DNA of 64,000 bases from an uncultured virus (IMG/VR IMGVR_UViG_3300033069_000905) (taxonomy: Duplodnaviria > Heunggongvirae > Uroviricota > Caudoviricetes). Within the stretch, counting starts at the first letter, position 1. Every line of letters begins with the position of its first letter. The stretch lies in IMG/VR virus record IMGVR_UViG_3300033069_000905, positions 1 to 64,000 of that record; one strand, 5' to 3'. The notes beneath the pieces were generated by a model, which saw only the letters and a program-made list of their open reading frames with translations, did no database searches and was not told the DNA's origin. This document shows, piece after piece, positions 15,344 through 24,508 of this stretch. The position numbers were made by a program, and so were the translations under genes.

Positions 15344-15976
15344 TCAAGCAAATAGCTCTTCTGAAATGAGTACGTAGCCCTTATCAGGATGCAGAACATT
15401 CAAAGCCTCGACCACCAAAGCTAAAGGTGTGGTCAGCAGATACGTCTTAAGGTGTGGCAACTCGGGTGCTTCCTGTTTCGGCTCTTTGTAGCTCGGCTCA
15501 AGCGTAGACGCACTGGAAACCTTGTCAATAAAATCTTTTGCGGTCTTGGACATCCCCGCTAAAGCGGTTTCAACCTGCAAAGTCTTCAGCGGAAGTGCCC
15601 ACGATATGACGCTTTCGTAGTTTTCCTGCGTGAAGTAGGGTGCCAACAAAACGAGTTTCGTGTACCCTAACTTGACGGCTTCTTCAAACGGGATATGGTT
15701 GTTCACCAGTGACTCGTAGATCGTAATCAGGTACATGGCCTTGCGGTACTGTATTTCCGCGTAAGCATCACAAAAGTCTTGGAAGTTGGGGTAGTCTGGG
15801 TTGTACCATTTGTTCTTGCGTATGGTGTGCAACAAGCCCCCCATCATGATAAACGAACGGCTAATCTTCTCCGTGAGGAAAGACAGCAGATTCAGTATCT
15901 CTGGTTTGGAAAGCTTCGCTAGATTCTGGTATTCGAAGGTCAATTCTTGTGGGTAGTGTGGTAACAGTGCGGACAT
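15344..15976 (-). CDS. Helical DNA-binding-like protein, paralogue 1
   Basis: YRKAMYLITIYE..LGYTKL motif shared with 15977-16831 and 17925-18692. Confidence 0.7.
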   Translation of the reverse strand: MSALLPHYPQELTFEYQNLAKLSKPEILNLLSFLTEKISRSFIMMGGLLHTIRKNKWYNPDYPNFQDFCDAYAEIQYRKAMYLITIYESLVNNHIPFEEAVKLGYTKLVLLAPYFTQENYESVISWALPLKTLQVETALAGMSKTAKDFIDKVSSASTLEPSYKEPKQEAPELPHLKTYLLTTPLALVVEALNVLHPDKGYVLISEELFA

Positions 15977-16831
15977 CTAAATAACCCCCTTAGCCACAAT
16001 CTTCATATTAGGAAATAGTTCCGACACGGCTTTGATAACGTCATTGGCGCTGTACTGTTTGAGGACTCCAACGGCACCGGCGACAAGACTGGCATGTTCG
16101 GTAGTGTCGTGTTCAGTCGGTACTTCAACAGGTAAAACAGCATGTTCATGTACAAATACCTCCCCACCACCATCCGTGGTTCCAACAAAAACTGCCGTTA
16201 TATCAGCCCCCGAGGCTAGATCAACCCCCACAACAGGGCTAACAAAATAAGTATCCGCGCCGTTAACATAGTTGCCGTCTTCAGCTACGTCATCAGCGGC
16301 ACTAAAATCGGGTGAAGGTGTTACAGGATCGTCCGCGTTCGTATCTGACAGGTGCGAGTCCAGCATCACCGCTACTTTGGAGTCTGCTGTAGCCTTCGAT
16401 TTAAGCAGTGCTAAGAGGCTCTTTGTAGAGTTTTCTGTGGCAATCTGAACCCAGTACTCAACGTTGTCCTGTGTGAGTAGGTGGGCGATTTCCTTAAGCT
16501 TCGTCCAACCAATCTGCTTAACTTGTTCTACGGCAATGTTGCTCTTGGATAGGCTTTCGTAAATTCCGATCAGATAATAAGCTTTGCGCTTGTTGACCTG
16601 AAAATTGTCTTCCGCGTAGGACAGAAGATCGTTCCACTCGGAGTCTGTCCTGCCTGACCTATAGGCTGAAAGAACCCTGCCGATGTTGAACCAATCCTCA
16701 GATTCTTGCTGTGAAAGCTGCTTTATTGCAGCAAGGGCGTCTTCTCGTGTTACCGTTTGGAAGTAAGCTGCTGTGGAATCAGCAACAGGCAAGAAATCCT
16801 CACCCTGCGCAACTATCGGAAAAGGCGTCAT
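15977..16831 (-). CDS. Helical DNA-binding-like protein, paralogue 2
   Basis: KRKAYYLIGIYE..IGWTKL. Confidence 0.7.
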   Translation of the reverse strand: MTPFPIVAQGEDFLPVADSTAAYFQTVTREDALAAIKQLSQQESEDWFNIGRVLSAYRSGRTDSEWNDLLSYAEDNFQVNKRKAYYLIGIYESLSKSNIAVEQVKQIGWTKLKEIAHLLTQDNVEYWVQIATENSTKSLLALLKSKATADSKVAVMLDSHLSDTNADDPVTPSPDFSAADDVAEDGNYVNGADTYFVSPVVGVDLASGADITAVFVGTTDGGGEVFVHEHAVLPVEVPTEHDTTEHASLVAGAVGVLKQYSANDVIKAVSELFPNMKIVAKGVI

Positions 16832-16975
16832 TATAAAATCTTCAATTATTATTGGGATAGGAAGGATGATAATACACCCCCCTAATCTTAAATGAAAGAA
16901 ATATTTCTGTTATGTGGGGCAACGCACAAACGGCACAACTGCACCCCGTTATAGTCGCCCAACAGGGGCATATTC

Positions 16976-17569
16976 TCAGGCAGATGCCCTACAAAACCGA
17001 CCGTCTTTTCCACGCGCAAACGGTTTCGCTGGCTGTGGGTATTTCTTCGGATCAACCACGTCAACAACTTCACCAGACACCTTGAGAATTGAAGCCAAGC
17101 CATTGTAGACGCCAGCTTCATACAGGTTCTCTGGCGTACCAATATCGTCCAGCGCTGAAGACACCAAAGCAAAGAAATCAAAACTCTCTGCTTCGGGGGC
17201 AGGTGCGCTTGGCGTGTCGCGCAGTTCTTCCAACAATTTAATGTAGTTCTGCGCTGTGCCAAGTAGATGCTCTAGCAACTCCATGTGGGCTTTAATCTTG
17301 ACTAGGTTATCACGGTCTGCTTCGGCTTCCTCAAGCCGCTGCTTATTCATGAACAACGCCAAGTCTAGTTCTTTTATCTGTGCTTCAAGACCCTGTACTG
17401 TGTCTTCACCGACAGGTGGCTTGTCCTTTCCCCGGCGAGCTAGCCCCGCTAAGGTTCGGTAAAAATCAAGTGCAAAGTACCCCAAGGAGAACAAGAGGAT
17501 CAACACGCCTAACACTAAAAGAACATCAGCAAGACTCGTTATACGCAAAAAATCAAACATGCTGCACAC
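16976..17569 (-). CDS. Membrane-anchored coiled-coil protein
   Basis: N-terminal TM helix, heptad repeats, C-terminal RGKDGRF. Confidence 0.65.
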   Translation of the reverse strand: MCSMFDFLRITSLADVLLVLGVLILLFSLGYFALDFYRTLAGLARRGKDKPPVGEDTVQGLEAQIKELDLALFMNKQRLEEAEADRDNLVKIKAHMELLEHLLGTAQNYIKLLEELRDTPSAPAPEAESFDFFALVSSALDDIGTPENLYEAGVYNGLASILKVSGEVVDVVDPKKYPQPAKPFARGKDGRFCRASA

Positions 17570-17611
17570 CCCCTAAATAAAACTATAGTATTACACACAG
17601 CGTATAATTTG

Positions 17612-17863
17612 TCAAGACTTCTTCTCTCGCACCACGTCGTAGTTCAACCCTAAATGGGGTCTGAGCATGGATTTTATCCTGCCGCCGCTGAGGTCAATCA
17701 AATGCAATTCACCCGTTAGCGGGTAGTACTTTTTTACCTTGAACCGCCTTCCTGTTTTCCTGTTAACAATGTAGGTATCCATCCCCTTCTTCAGCGATGG
17801 GTCAAAGGGTTTCAAGGGAACTAGCTTGCCTTTACTCTTAAGGACGATCATTGTAATCCTCAC
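17612..17863 (-). CDS. Hypothetical basic protein
   Basis: ORF in the gene run. Confidence 0.55.
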   Translation of the reverse strand: MRITMIVLKSKGKLVPLKPFDPSLKKGMDTYIVNRKTGRRFKVKKYYPLTGELHLIDLSGGRIKSMLRPHLGLNYDVVREKKS

Positions 17864-17924
17864 AAAGAAAATCCCCGCCGAAGCGGGGACTCAACTAGCC
17901 ATGCACCGACGCTAAAAACCAGAC

Positions 17925-18692
17925 TTACGCTTGCGGCAAAGTTTTTTCGTCAATGACGATGCCGATGTCAGGCCAGATTTCACCGAACGTATCAAGCACC
18001 GCTTTGTACCCCGCTTCAGACAGAATCTGCTTCAGGCTCTTTTCAACACTGACCGAACCACCAAGGTAACCGATACAGATGTTTTCAAGCGCCACGGTGT
18101 CAAACTCCGTAGCCGTTTCTTCCTTCGCCTTTTCAAGCGCCGACTTGATGGTTTCCTTCTGGTCGGCATGCACCGTGAACGCCAGCTTGGATACATCCGT
18201 GGTCACCTTCTCGGGTACGCCTTCGTCGGCATCGCCACCCAAAGCCGCCTTGACCATCGCCTTAAGCGTGTCGCAATTAACCTTGCTGGCTTTTTCAACC
18301 CACTCGTCAACGTTAGCTTCGGTCAGCACCGGGCAAAGAATGGAAACTTTAGTCCAGCCCAAGGACGACACCTTAGACCACGAAATCGACTCGCCAACCA
18401 GCTTGTCATAGATACCGATCCAATACTGCGCCTTGCGGTATTCAAGGCCGAAGGTCTTGGACACGTAATCCTTGTAGTCCTTGAAACCATCGAACCAGCC
18501 GTTCGACTTGATGACTGATAGAACGCCGCCCAGCTTGAAGGCATTTGAGTTGTCTTGATCCAGCAGTTCAAAGACCAGTGCTTCCGCCTTGTCCTGTGTG
18601 AGATTTTCAATCTCGTGCGCTACGTCAAGAATCTGATCTTCGGACGACTCAGACTTCTTTGCTGACTTTTTAAGCAATTCAAGGGTAGACAT
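17925..18692 (-). CDS. Helical DNA-binding-like protein, paralogue 3
   Basis: YRKAQYWIGIYD..LGWTKV; AGGAG RBS, terminator at about 17871-17890. Confidence 0.75.
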   Translation of the reverse strand: MSTLELLKKSAKKSESSEDQILDVAHEIENLTQDKAEALVFELLDQDNSNAFKLGGVLSVIKSNGWFDGFKDYKDYVSKTFGLEYRKAQYWIGIYDKLVGESISWSKVSSLGWTKVSILCPVLTEANVDEWVEKASKVNCDTLKAMVKAALGGDADEGVPEKVTTDVSKLAFTVHADQKETIKSALEKAKEETATEFDTVALENICIGYLGGSVSVEKSLKQILSEAGYKAVLDTFGEIWPDIGIVIDEKTLPQA

Positions 18693-18803
18693 AGTATGCT
18701 CCTAAAAAATGGAATAACATAACGGGGCAGTGCCCCTGAGAAAGTAACTCTGTACTTATGCCGCTACTGTACCACTTGACAAAACAAAAGTCAACCAAAT
18801 AAG

Positions 18804-19085
18804 TTAACGGTCGCCTTCTGTAGTTTCTAGGGTATGCAGCAAACACGGCACCGTCTGTGCGGCAACGTACAGAGCGTAGAGCGTTGTTTCCTCTCCCGAG
18901 GGGGAAGTCACACGCCGTTTGGTTGCTTCTTTGATCGAAATCTCTTTAGCATGATAAGGGTCTAGCGTGTAATCCTCAGAAAGACCGGATAACAGCATGG
19001 ATGCAGCTACAGCATCCTTCTGTGTAAAAGCAGACCAGACCTCAAACTCATTAATCGCAAAAATTCTAGGCTTTACTTGCGACAT
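18804..19085 (-). CDS. Hypothetical protein
   Basis: Overlaps the end of the upstream resolvase. Confidence 0.6.
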   Translation of the reverse strand: MSQVKPRIFAINEFEVWSAFTQKDAVAASMLLSGLSEDYTLDPYHAKEISIKEATKRRVTSPSGEETTLYALYVAAQTVPCLLHTLETTEGDR

Positions 19086-19629
19086 AACCCTTCACCGATT
19101 CAACTTTAAAAATGGATGCTAATCCTGCTTTGGTGAACCCCACATCAACACCCAATATAGCCTGACCAATTTTAGCCAGCACGAAAGCATCAGCAATGTT
19201 GTTAGTGGTAGCATCAAACCCCCACCGCTTGAATACTTCTAATAAAATCTTTTCCTTCTTGCTGGCACCAGACCCCATAGACGCCTTCAACGTGGTTGGG
19301 GGTATATCAACCCACACGATCCCCGCATCATAGAGTGCCATGCGAACCACCGAACCAATCTCGTACTGAAACGAGTTGGTGAACTTTCCTGAAAAAGCAT
19401 AGCCCTCAATCACCACCAAATCGGGTGGGTACGTTGCAAGTAATTTCAACACGCGCTCTCGAAACCACGCTAGGCGTGCAAAACCCTTCTTTGGTGTGGA
19501 TAGCTCATCAGAAAACTGCTTCGGTGGATCATCTGAAAGCGCCACAAAACCTGTGCGGGTAGAAAGATCAAGGCCAACAGAAATCAACGTGCACCACTCT
19601 CGTATTCGTTTACGACCATCAGAACCCAC
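19066..19629 (-). CDS. RuvC-like Holliday junction resolvase
   Basis: VGLDLS, VVIEGYAF and NNIADA motifs. Confidence 0.88.
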   Translation of the reverse strand: MGSDGRKRIREWCTLISVGLDLSTRTGFVALSDDPPKQFSDELSTPKKGFARLAWFRERVLKLLATYPPDLVVIEGYAFSGKFTNSFQYEIGSVVRMALYDAGIVWVDIPPTTLKASMGSGASKKEKILLEVFKRWGFDATTNNIADAFVLAKIGQAILGVDVGFTKAGLASIFKVESVKGYVASKA

Positions 19630-19775
19630 TCGGCACCTGAGTTATCCAATCGGGTAAAGTCCCCACCGGATTCTTCAATACACTCCATCAAACGACGCGC
19701 CATGAACTCACAAAAAGACACTGCACCCACACGCTTCTCACTCTCAATCAAAAGCGTTGTTCCTTGAGTTTCCAT
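19584..19775 (-). CDS. Hypothetical protein
   Basis: Start coupled to the upstream stop (TAATG). Confidence 0.5.
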   Translation of the reverse strand: METQGTTLLIESEKRVGAVSFCEFMARRLMECIEESGGDFTRLDNSGAEWVLMVVNEYESGAR

Positions 19776-20659
19776 TATCGTTTATTCCCTGCGGAAGTAG
19801 TATTGAATCGAGAAATAGCATCATTCACGGATTCACCGTCAAGCATCGCCATATTCATAGCCATGGTGCCGCCTTTCCATGATCCTTTTCGTGCACCAAC
19901 CTCATGTTTGAATTCTATTTCTAGGCTACAAACAACTTTTTTGCTGCTGGGAAAAATACTAAGAAGTACACGCCAAAACTTACTTTTTCCTCTGCGCCAC
20001 TCACGCTCAGAAACATGCGCTTTAGTGGGTATGTCCATCCCATCAAACGTGTCACGATATATGAAATAGTAATACGCTCCTGTGGGATCACTAAGCCAAG
20101 CAAGGTCACGATCTTTAATATCGTACTTTACCCTGTCATGCTTGTGCCAATCACCATAACTATACTCACCGCCGTTTCGAGTATAAATCGTGTTCCTGAC
20201 ATGCGTGTAGTTCCACGGGTAATCCCATATCTTTACGTGGTCAGAGTTTTTCTTGTCGTTGGAAATGAAGCACCCCGGTTGAATACCGTGGGCTATGTGA
20301 ATGGAGTCTTCCAAGAAGGTAAAACCGTAGTTCTTTGGTGTGTAGTCCATGTACCAGTCCCGCCCTAATCGAGCGATTGTCGCCGCGTCCCATGTGGTCA
20401 CTTTAACCTTCTTACCTACGGGCTTGATGAACTGCGGGACTTTGATGTACCACGCCCATTTGATAAATGCAAATGACAAGATGTTATAGGCATCGTCAGG
20501 TTCTTCGTGGGGTGTGCTCAAACACAATGAAAAGGGCGTGTAACTTTTGTCGGTGTACTCAAGTACCTTAAGCATGATGTTCCCAAAACTATGGTTTAGT
20601 ATGCCGCTGAGTTTATAGGGCAGGAACAGGCTTGTCAACCGCCGCCAAACAAAACTCAC
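19775..20659 (-). CDS. Hypothetical phage protein
   Basis: Long ORF; real start probably MLKVLEY. Confidence 0.7.
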   Translation of the reverse strand: MSFVWRRLTSLFLPYKLSGILNHSFGNIMLKVLEYTDKSYTPFSLCLSTPHEEPDDAYNILSFAFIKWAWYIKVPQFIKPVGKKVKVTTWDAATIARLGRDWYMDYTPKNYGFTFLEDSIHIAHGIQPGCFISNDKKNSDHVKIWDYPWNYTHVRNTIYTRNGGEYSYGDWHKHDRVKYDIKDRDLAWLSDPTGAYYYFIYRDTFDGMDIPTKAHVSEREWRRGKSKFWRVLLSIFPSSKKVVCSLEIEFKHEVGARKGSWKGGTMAMNMAMLDGESVNDAISRFNTTSAGNKR

Positions 20660-20790
20660 AGAGCCACTGCCGCCTCAACAAAGTCTTATTGACGTACTTA
20701 CCCTTTGAACTCAGTCGATACTGCTGACACCGCTCACACCGACGTTCACCGGACGGAACAGAATAAGTCATGCTGTGCCGAACTACCATT

Positions 20791-20813
20791 AAAAAAGCCC
20801 CTCGTGGGGGCTT
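20791..20813 (-). terminator. Intrinsic terminator
   Basis: AAGCCCC-CACGA-GGGGCTT followed by a T run. Confidence 0.7.
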
Positions 20814-20822
20814 GGTAGTGCA

Positions 20823-21005
20823 TCAGGCATCGTCAGGCACACCTTCACCATCGTACACATCCAACTCTGTATAGGCATCGTCGCCTTCTGGGAAGTCGTT
20901 TTCAAACGCAGCATCCAACTCATCCTCTGTCCACCCTGCGGCTAAACAAGATTCGTAATAATCCGTAGGGGATTGTCCAGCGATATACTCAGGCAGCTTC
21001 TTCAT
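20823..21005 (-). CDS. Small acidic protein, candidate immunity protein
   Basis: 60 aa, very D/E-rich, directly after 21008-21886. Confidence 0.6.
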   Translation of the reverse strand: MKKLPEYIAGQSPTDYYESCLAAGWTEDELDAAFENDFPEGDDAYTELDVYDGEGVPDDA

Positions 21006-21007
21006 GG

Positions 21008-21886
21008 TTATTTACCTTGTACGTATTTGGTTTTCAACTCGGCGTATTTTGCTGTTGCAGTAGCATCTGAGGCTAACCGCTGACTTACCTTGGTGTCAAC
21101 GTTGTTCGCTCTCAACAACGTGCACTGACCGTTGAAGTGTTCCCCTGTCAAGCCGTACTTCCTTCGGAACATCACTGCAAGGGCGCGTAATCCCTTCCCG
21201 TGGGCACTGTTCTGCTTGGGTATGTCAATGCTCACATTGAAGCCGTTGGACTCTTTCTGAACGATTGCATAGCCGTGTAGGCCGGATTCTTCCAATGCTT
21301 TGGTTGCACCATTGAGACTGTGGAATGCCTTTGTCCCCGCGTGCATGAGAATCTTCTTGGATACTTGTTCTTTGGCTTTCAGGTGCGGGTCAGATTGGAA
21401 GATAACAGCGTTCTTTCCGTACAGCCCTGCCTTCATCATTGATGCGTCCATCAGCGTATTGTTTATTTGCGACTGAATGATCCCCGACTTCTGACGATCA
21501 GTATAAACCATGTCAGATTGAACCGCTTGCACGTGCTTAACACCGTCGTCATCGGCGTGAGGGTAGACGCCAGAGACAGCGCTACGACGTATTTTTTGAT
21601 TTTCGTTTAGTTTGAAAAAGGAATCGACATCGGCGCGGATACCTTTGCTAGCCCTGCTTCTCCCACGGTTGGTGGATTCAGCGATAGCGCCTTTAGCTTG
21701 ATCATGGTCTTTGCCGTAGCTTCGGGCTTGAGTGATCCCCGCATGCCCCGATTCAATAACGGAATGCTCGGCGTCCGTAAATTTACCATCATCCCCGTGG
21801 TACACGTTGAATGCTAATTTAAGGTCACGTTTTAATATCCTACTATATAGGGGCATGATAGTTCTCCGTTTTCCAAGTCTTACCAC
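21008..21886 (-). CDS. Putative virion effector, resembling 2673-3497
   Basis: MPLYSRILK..FNVYHGDDGKF tag. Confidence 0.7.
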   Translation of the reverse strand: MVRLGKRRTIMPLYSRILKRDLKLAFNVYHGDDGKFTDAEHSVIESGHAGITQARSYGKDHDQAKGAIAESTNRGRSRASKGIRADVDSFFKLNENQKIRRSAVSGVYPHADDDGVKHVQAVQSDMVYTDRQKSGIIQSQINNTLMDASMMKAGLYGKNAVIFQSDPHLKAKEQVSKKILMHAGTKAFHSLNGATKALEESGLHGYAIVQKESNGFNVSIDIPKQNSAHGKGLRALAVMFRRKYGLTGEHFNGQCTLLRANNVDTKVSQRLASDATATAKYAELKTKYVQGK

Positions 21887-22595
21887 TGAGAATCATGCAT
21901 AGACTTGCCGCTTTAATTCCGTACTTCTTAGACAACTCAAATTGGCGATAGCCGCCCGAAGCATAATCAAGCCTAACAGCGTTAACGACTTCCCAAGAAT
22001 GTTTAGAAAAGTGACTGGCTTCTCCGCTTAGTTTACCTAACATCGAGGGCACCTTTTTTCCTTTTTTAGCTGCACTTATTCTCGCCCTATGCTCAGGAGA
22101 AAAGAAACGGACTTTCATGGCTGCACGTATTTTTTCTTTTGTGTCCTCTTTTACGACAAAACCTTTATGCGATTCGGACATGCGTTGTAGCGTGTCTTTA
22201 CTAATTTCTCCACGCCCTCTTCCCCCACCACGTAAGTTGTATCCCTCTGGGTGTACGCTATTAAAGTACAACACCCATTTACGTTCTGCTGAATCTAGCT
22301 CTTCCTGTGTTGTAACAACTTCCAGAACACGCACGCTAAAAGATGACTCCCCATACTTTCTAATAGCTGCGTATAAAGGGTGCATACGCCCACGCCTAGC
22401 ATGCTCCCAATGCCGATACATTCTTTTGTGTAAAGGGCGTACTGTTTGACCGACATAAACCCTACCCGTATCTTTGCTAGTAATGAGGTAAACTAGCATG
22501 GTCGGTCGTCGTGATATGGGTTGAAGGCTAGCTTCAGTTCGCGCTTCAATATGCGTGCGTACATGGGGGATGCCTTTTAGAGTAACTACCCCCAT
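21843..22595 (-). CDS. GIY-YIG homing endonuclease with NUMOD3-like repeats
   Basis: VYLIT..YVGQT..R..H, GYNL..GG, RMSESHKG / RISAAKKG. Confidence 0.9.
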   Translation of the reverse strand: MGVVTLKGIPHVRTHIEARTEASLQPISRRPTMLVYLITSKDTGRVYVGQTVRPLHKRMYRHWEHARRGRMHPLYAAIRKYGESSFSVRVLEVVTTQEELDSAERKWVLYFNSVHPEGYNLRGGGRGRGEISKDTLQRMSESHKGFVVKEDTKEKIRAAMKVRFFSPEHRARISAAKKGKKVPSMLGKLSGEASHFSKHSWEVVNAVRLDYASGGYRQFELSKKYGIKAASLCMILSGKTWKTENYHAPI

Positions 22596-22626
22596 GATAC
22601 AACTTCCTAACGGCTAAGCATAGCTC

Positions 22627-22950
22627 CTAGTCGTAGTAGCTATCTGGCTCGCAGAAGTCTTCGTCAACGTCCAGTTGCTCACGCGCCTTGATGACTAAAT
22701 CTTCCTGTTCATCCTCAGATAACTTGAGCCAAGGCACTTCAAAGCCGTTTCTCGTGGTGATAACAAACTCATCAACGTAGGAACGATTGATCCCCACTTC
22801 AAAATCAGCAGGTTGAACATTCATCCACACCCGTACTGGAAACCCCGTCTTGGTACGAACTTCCGTCGACATGCCATAGCCCGTCACCAAGTCCAAATAG
22901 CGTTGGTGCGCTTTTGAGCAGGGTCTTACCTTTTTACTTACTTTTTGCAT
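22627..22950 (-). CDS. Hypothetical protein
   Basis: GGAGG RBS and upstream TTGACA. Confidence 0.65.
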   Translation of the reverse strand: MQKVSKKVRPCSKAHQRYLDLVTGYGMSTEVRTKTGFPVRVWMNVQPADFEVGINRSYVDEFVITTRNGFEVPWLKLSEDEQEDLVIKAREQLDVDEDFCEPDSYYD

Positions 22951-23008
22951 TTTCCCCTCCGTGGGAAGTTGTTCGATGTAGCCAATTTACTACAGCTTAG
23001 TTAATTTG

Positions 23009-23221
23009 TCAAGGATTAGCCTTAAGATAGGCAGAGTAATTCTTACGATCTTCTTCTTCTGGAAGGTCTTCAATCTTAGTGCCTAAGAACTTCATCAGGG
23101 CGTAATCCCCATCGTCGTCAGTCATGTCAGTGACAAGGCTATACGCTTCGTCCATCTCTTTCATTGCCGCGAGCGCACGATGTTCTCTTTCTTCGGGTGT
23201 GCATGTATCAACATATTTCAT
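23009..23221 (-). CDS. Small acidic protein, candidate antitoxin
   Basis: 70 aa, acidic, follows the zeta-like gene. Confidence 0.6.
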   Translation of the reverse strand: MKYVDTCTPEEREHRALAAMKEMDEAYSLVTDMTDDDGDYALMKFLGTKIEDLPEEEDRKNYSAYLKANP

Positions 23222-23254
23222 TTAATAGTCCTCTCTTTATTAAAGTGTAGCACT

Positions 23255-24508
23255 TTAGGTATAGTTTGTCAATAGTTTTGAATACTTCTTCACCTTGGGA
23301 TCGTCCGACACCACACCCTTTTCAGTTGCGTACAGACTGGCAGGAACCAGCTTTGATGGGGCGTCGTTGCGGTAGAACGCCCAACTGTCTGCGTGCTTTT
23401 TTGTCTTGTCAAAGTTACTCTCGTTATTAGTCATCCCCAAACAAATCTGAGGATTAACCAGCCGCCCCCTGTCTGGTGTGCCATCTTTCTTCTTTTTTCC
23501 TACGTTAGCCCACCGTAGCAAAGAGCGTCCCGCAGATTCATATGGGGGCACATGCATAAAGACAGCCCGTGTAGAAAATTGGTGACGATGGAAGGTCTGT
23601 ACAACTCTGGAATCATCTTGGCTCATCGTAGAGTCATATACCGTATTGATATGCAGTTTTCTGGCTTGCCGTAACAGACGGGTCACAAGATAGTGCGCTT
23701 CCTTGTGAAAAAGGTGGGCTTTTTCTGGATCGTAATCAGGGAGCATACTTTTCACTATGTCGCTGTCAATCACCAGTTGTTTGTTCCTGTCGTACTCTTT
23801 AAGACCCTTCTCGTCTAACCCGCCCTTACCTGACCCTGCTCTACCCCCGATGATGGTAAAGGTAGGCTCTTTCCCTTTTTCGGGTAAAAATCGGGAAATA
23901 TCCCCCATGTATTCTTTTATTAGATCGTTATGAACCTGAGTCCGCTCGGATGTGTAGGTTTTTTCATCACCATCCTTGGTGTAAAACTTGGCTGTTATTT
24001 TTCCATTGGCAATATCGTCCTGCAACTCATTTTGCTTGGCTACAAAATCGTTGTAATCTTCCTTGGAAAGAATTTTACTGGCTAACGCATAGCCCCGTTT
24101 CATCCTGTCCATAGAAGACATCTTGGCGTAAGGATCAATCTTCTTTTTAGCAAACGATGCCGCTGAAAATCCTTCGGAAGCAAACTCCCCACCACCGGGG
24201 TTTCCTTTAGGAATACGAGGTTGATCTTTGCTTCCCTTCACTACAGAGTTTATGCGTGTAGCAAGGTTGGGTTCATACGTTAAATCTTCATCGGCATAGG
24301 GGTAGGTGTGGTCGTAAGCCCCCATCAAAATTAGTGTGGGGACACCCTCTGGAAAGGCTTCGCATGTCGCCTGTGCGGGATGATACCAACGGCAGGTTTG
24401 GCACTGGCTGTCTAGGGACTCCCCGTATGAACTCTCATCATCCACACGCCCCATGACACGCTGCTTTTCACTTATCGGTTCTTTTTTGAAAAGTTTAGAG
24501 AAAATCAT
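23255..24508 (-). CDS. Fusion of a Cys-rich immunity-like domain and a zeta-toxin-like kinase
   Basis: CQTC..CEAFPEGVP..DH; QPRIPKGNPGGGEF; GGRAGSGKG, IDSDIVK, YDST. Confidence 0.8.
   Translation of the reverse strand: MIFSKLFKKEPISEKQRVMGRVDDESSYGESLDSQCQTCRWYHPAQATCEAFPEGVPTLILMGAYDHTYPYADEDLTYEPNLATRINSVVKGSKDQPRIPKGNPGGGEFASEGFSAASFAKKKIDPYAKMSSMDRMKRGYALASKILSKEDYNDFVAKQNELQDDIANGKITAKFYTKDGDEKTYTSERTQVHNDLIKEYMGDISRFLPEKGKEPTFTIIGGRAGSGKGGLDEKGLKEYDRNKQLVIDSDIVKSMLPDYDPEKAHLFHKEAHYLVTRLLRQARKLHINTVYDSTMSQDDSRVVQTFHRHQFSTRAVFMHVPPYESAGRSLLRWANVGKKKKDGTPDRGRLVNPQICLGMTNNESNFDKTKKHADSWAFYRNDAPSKLVPASLYATEKGVVSDDPKVKKYSKLLTNYT

Noticed and set aside
21607..21792. Second nested alternative-frame ORF
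   Set aside because: It is short, with no clear RBS and unconvincing composition.
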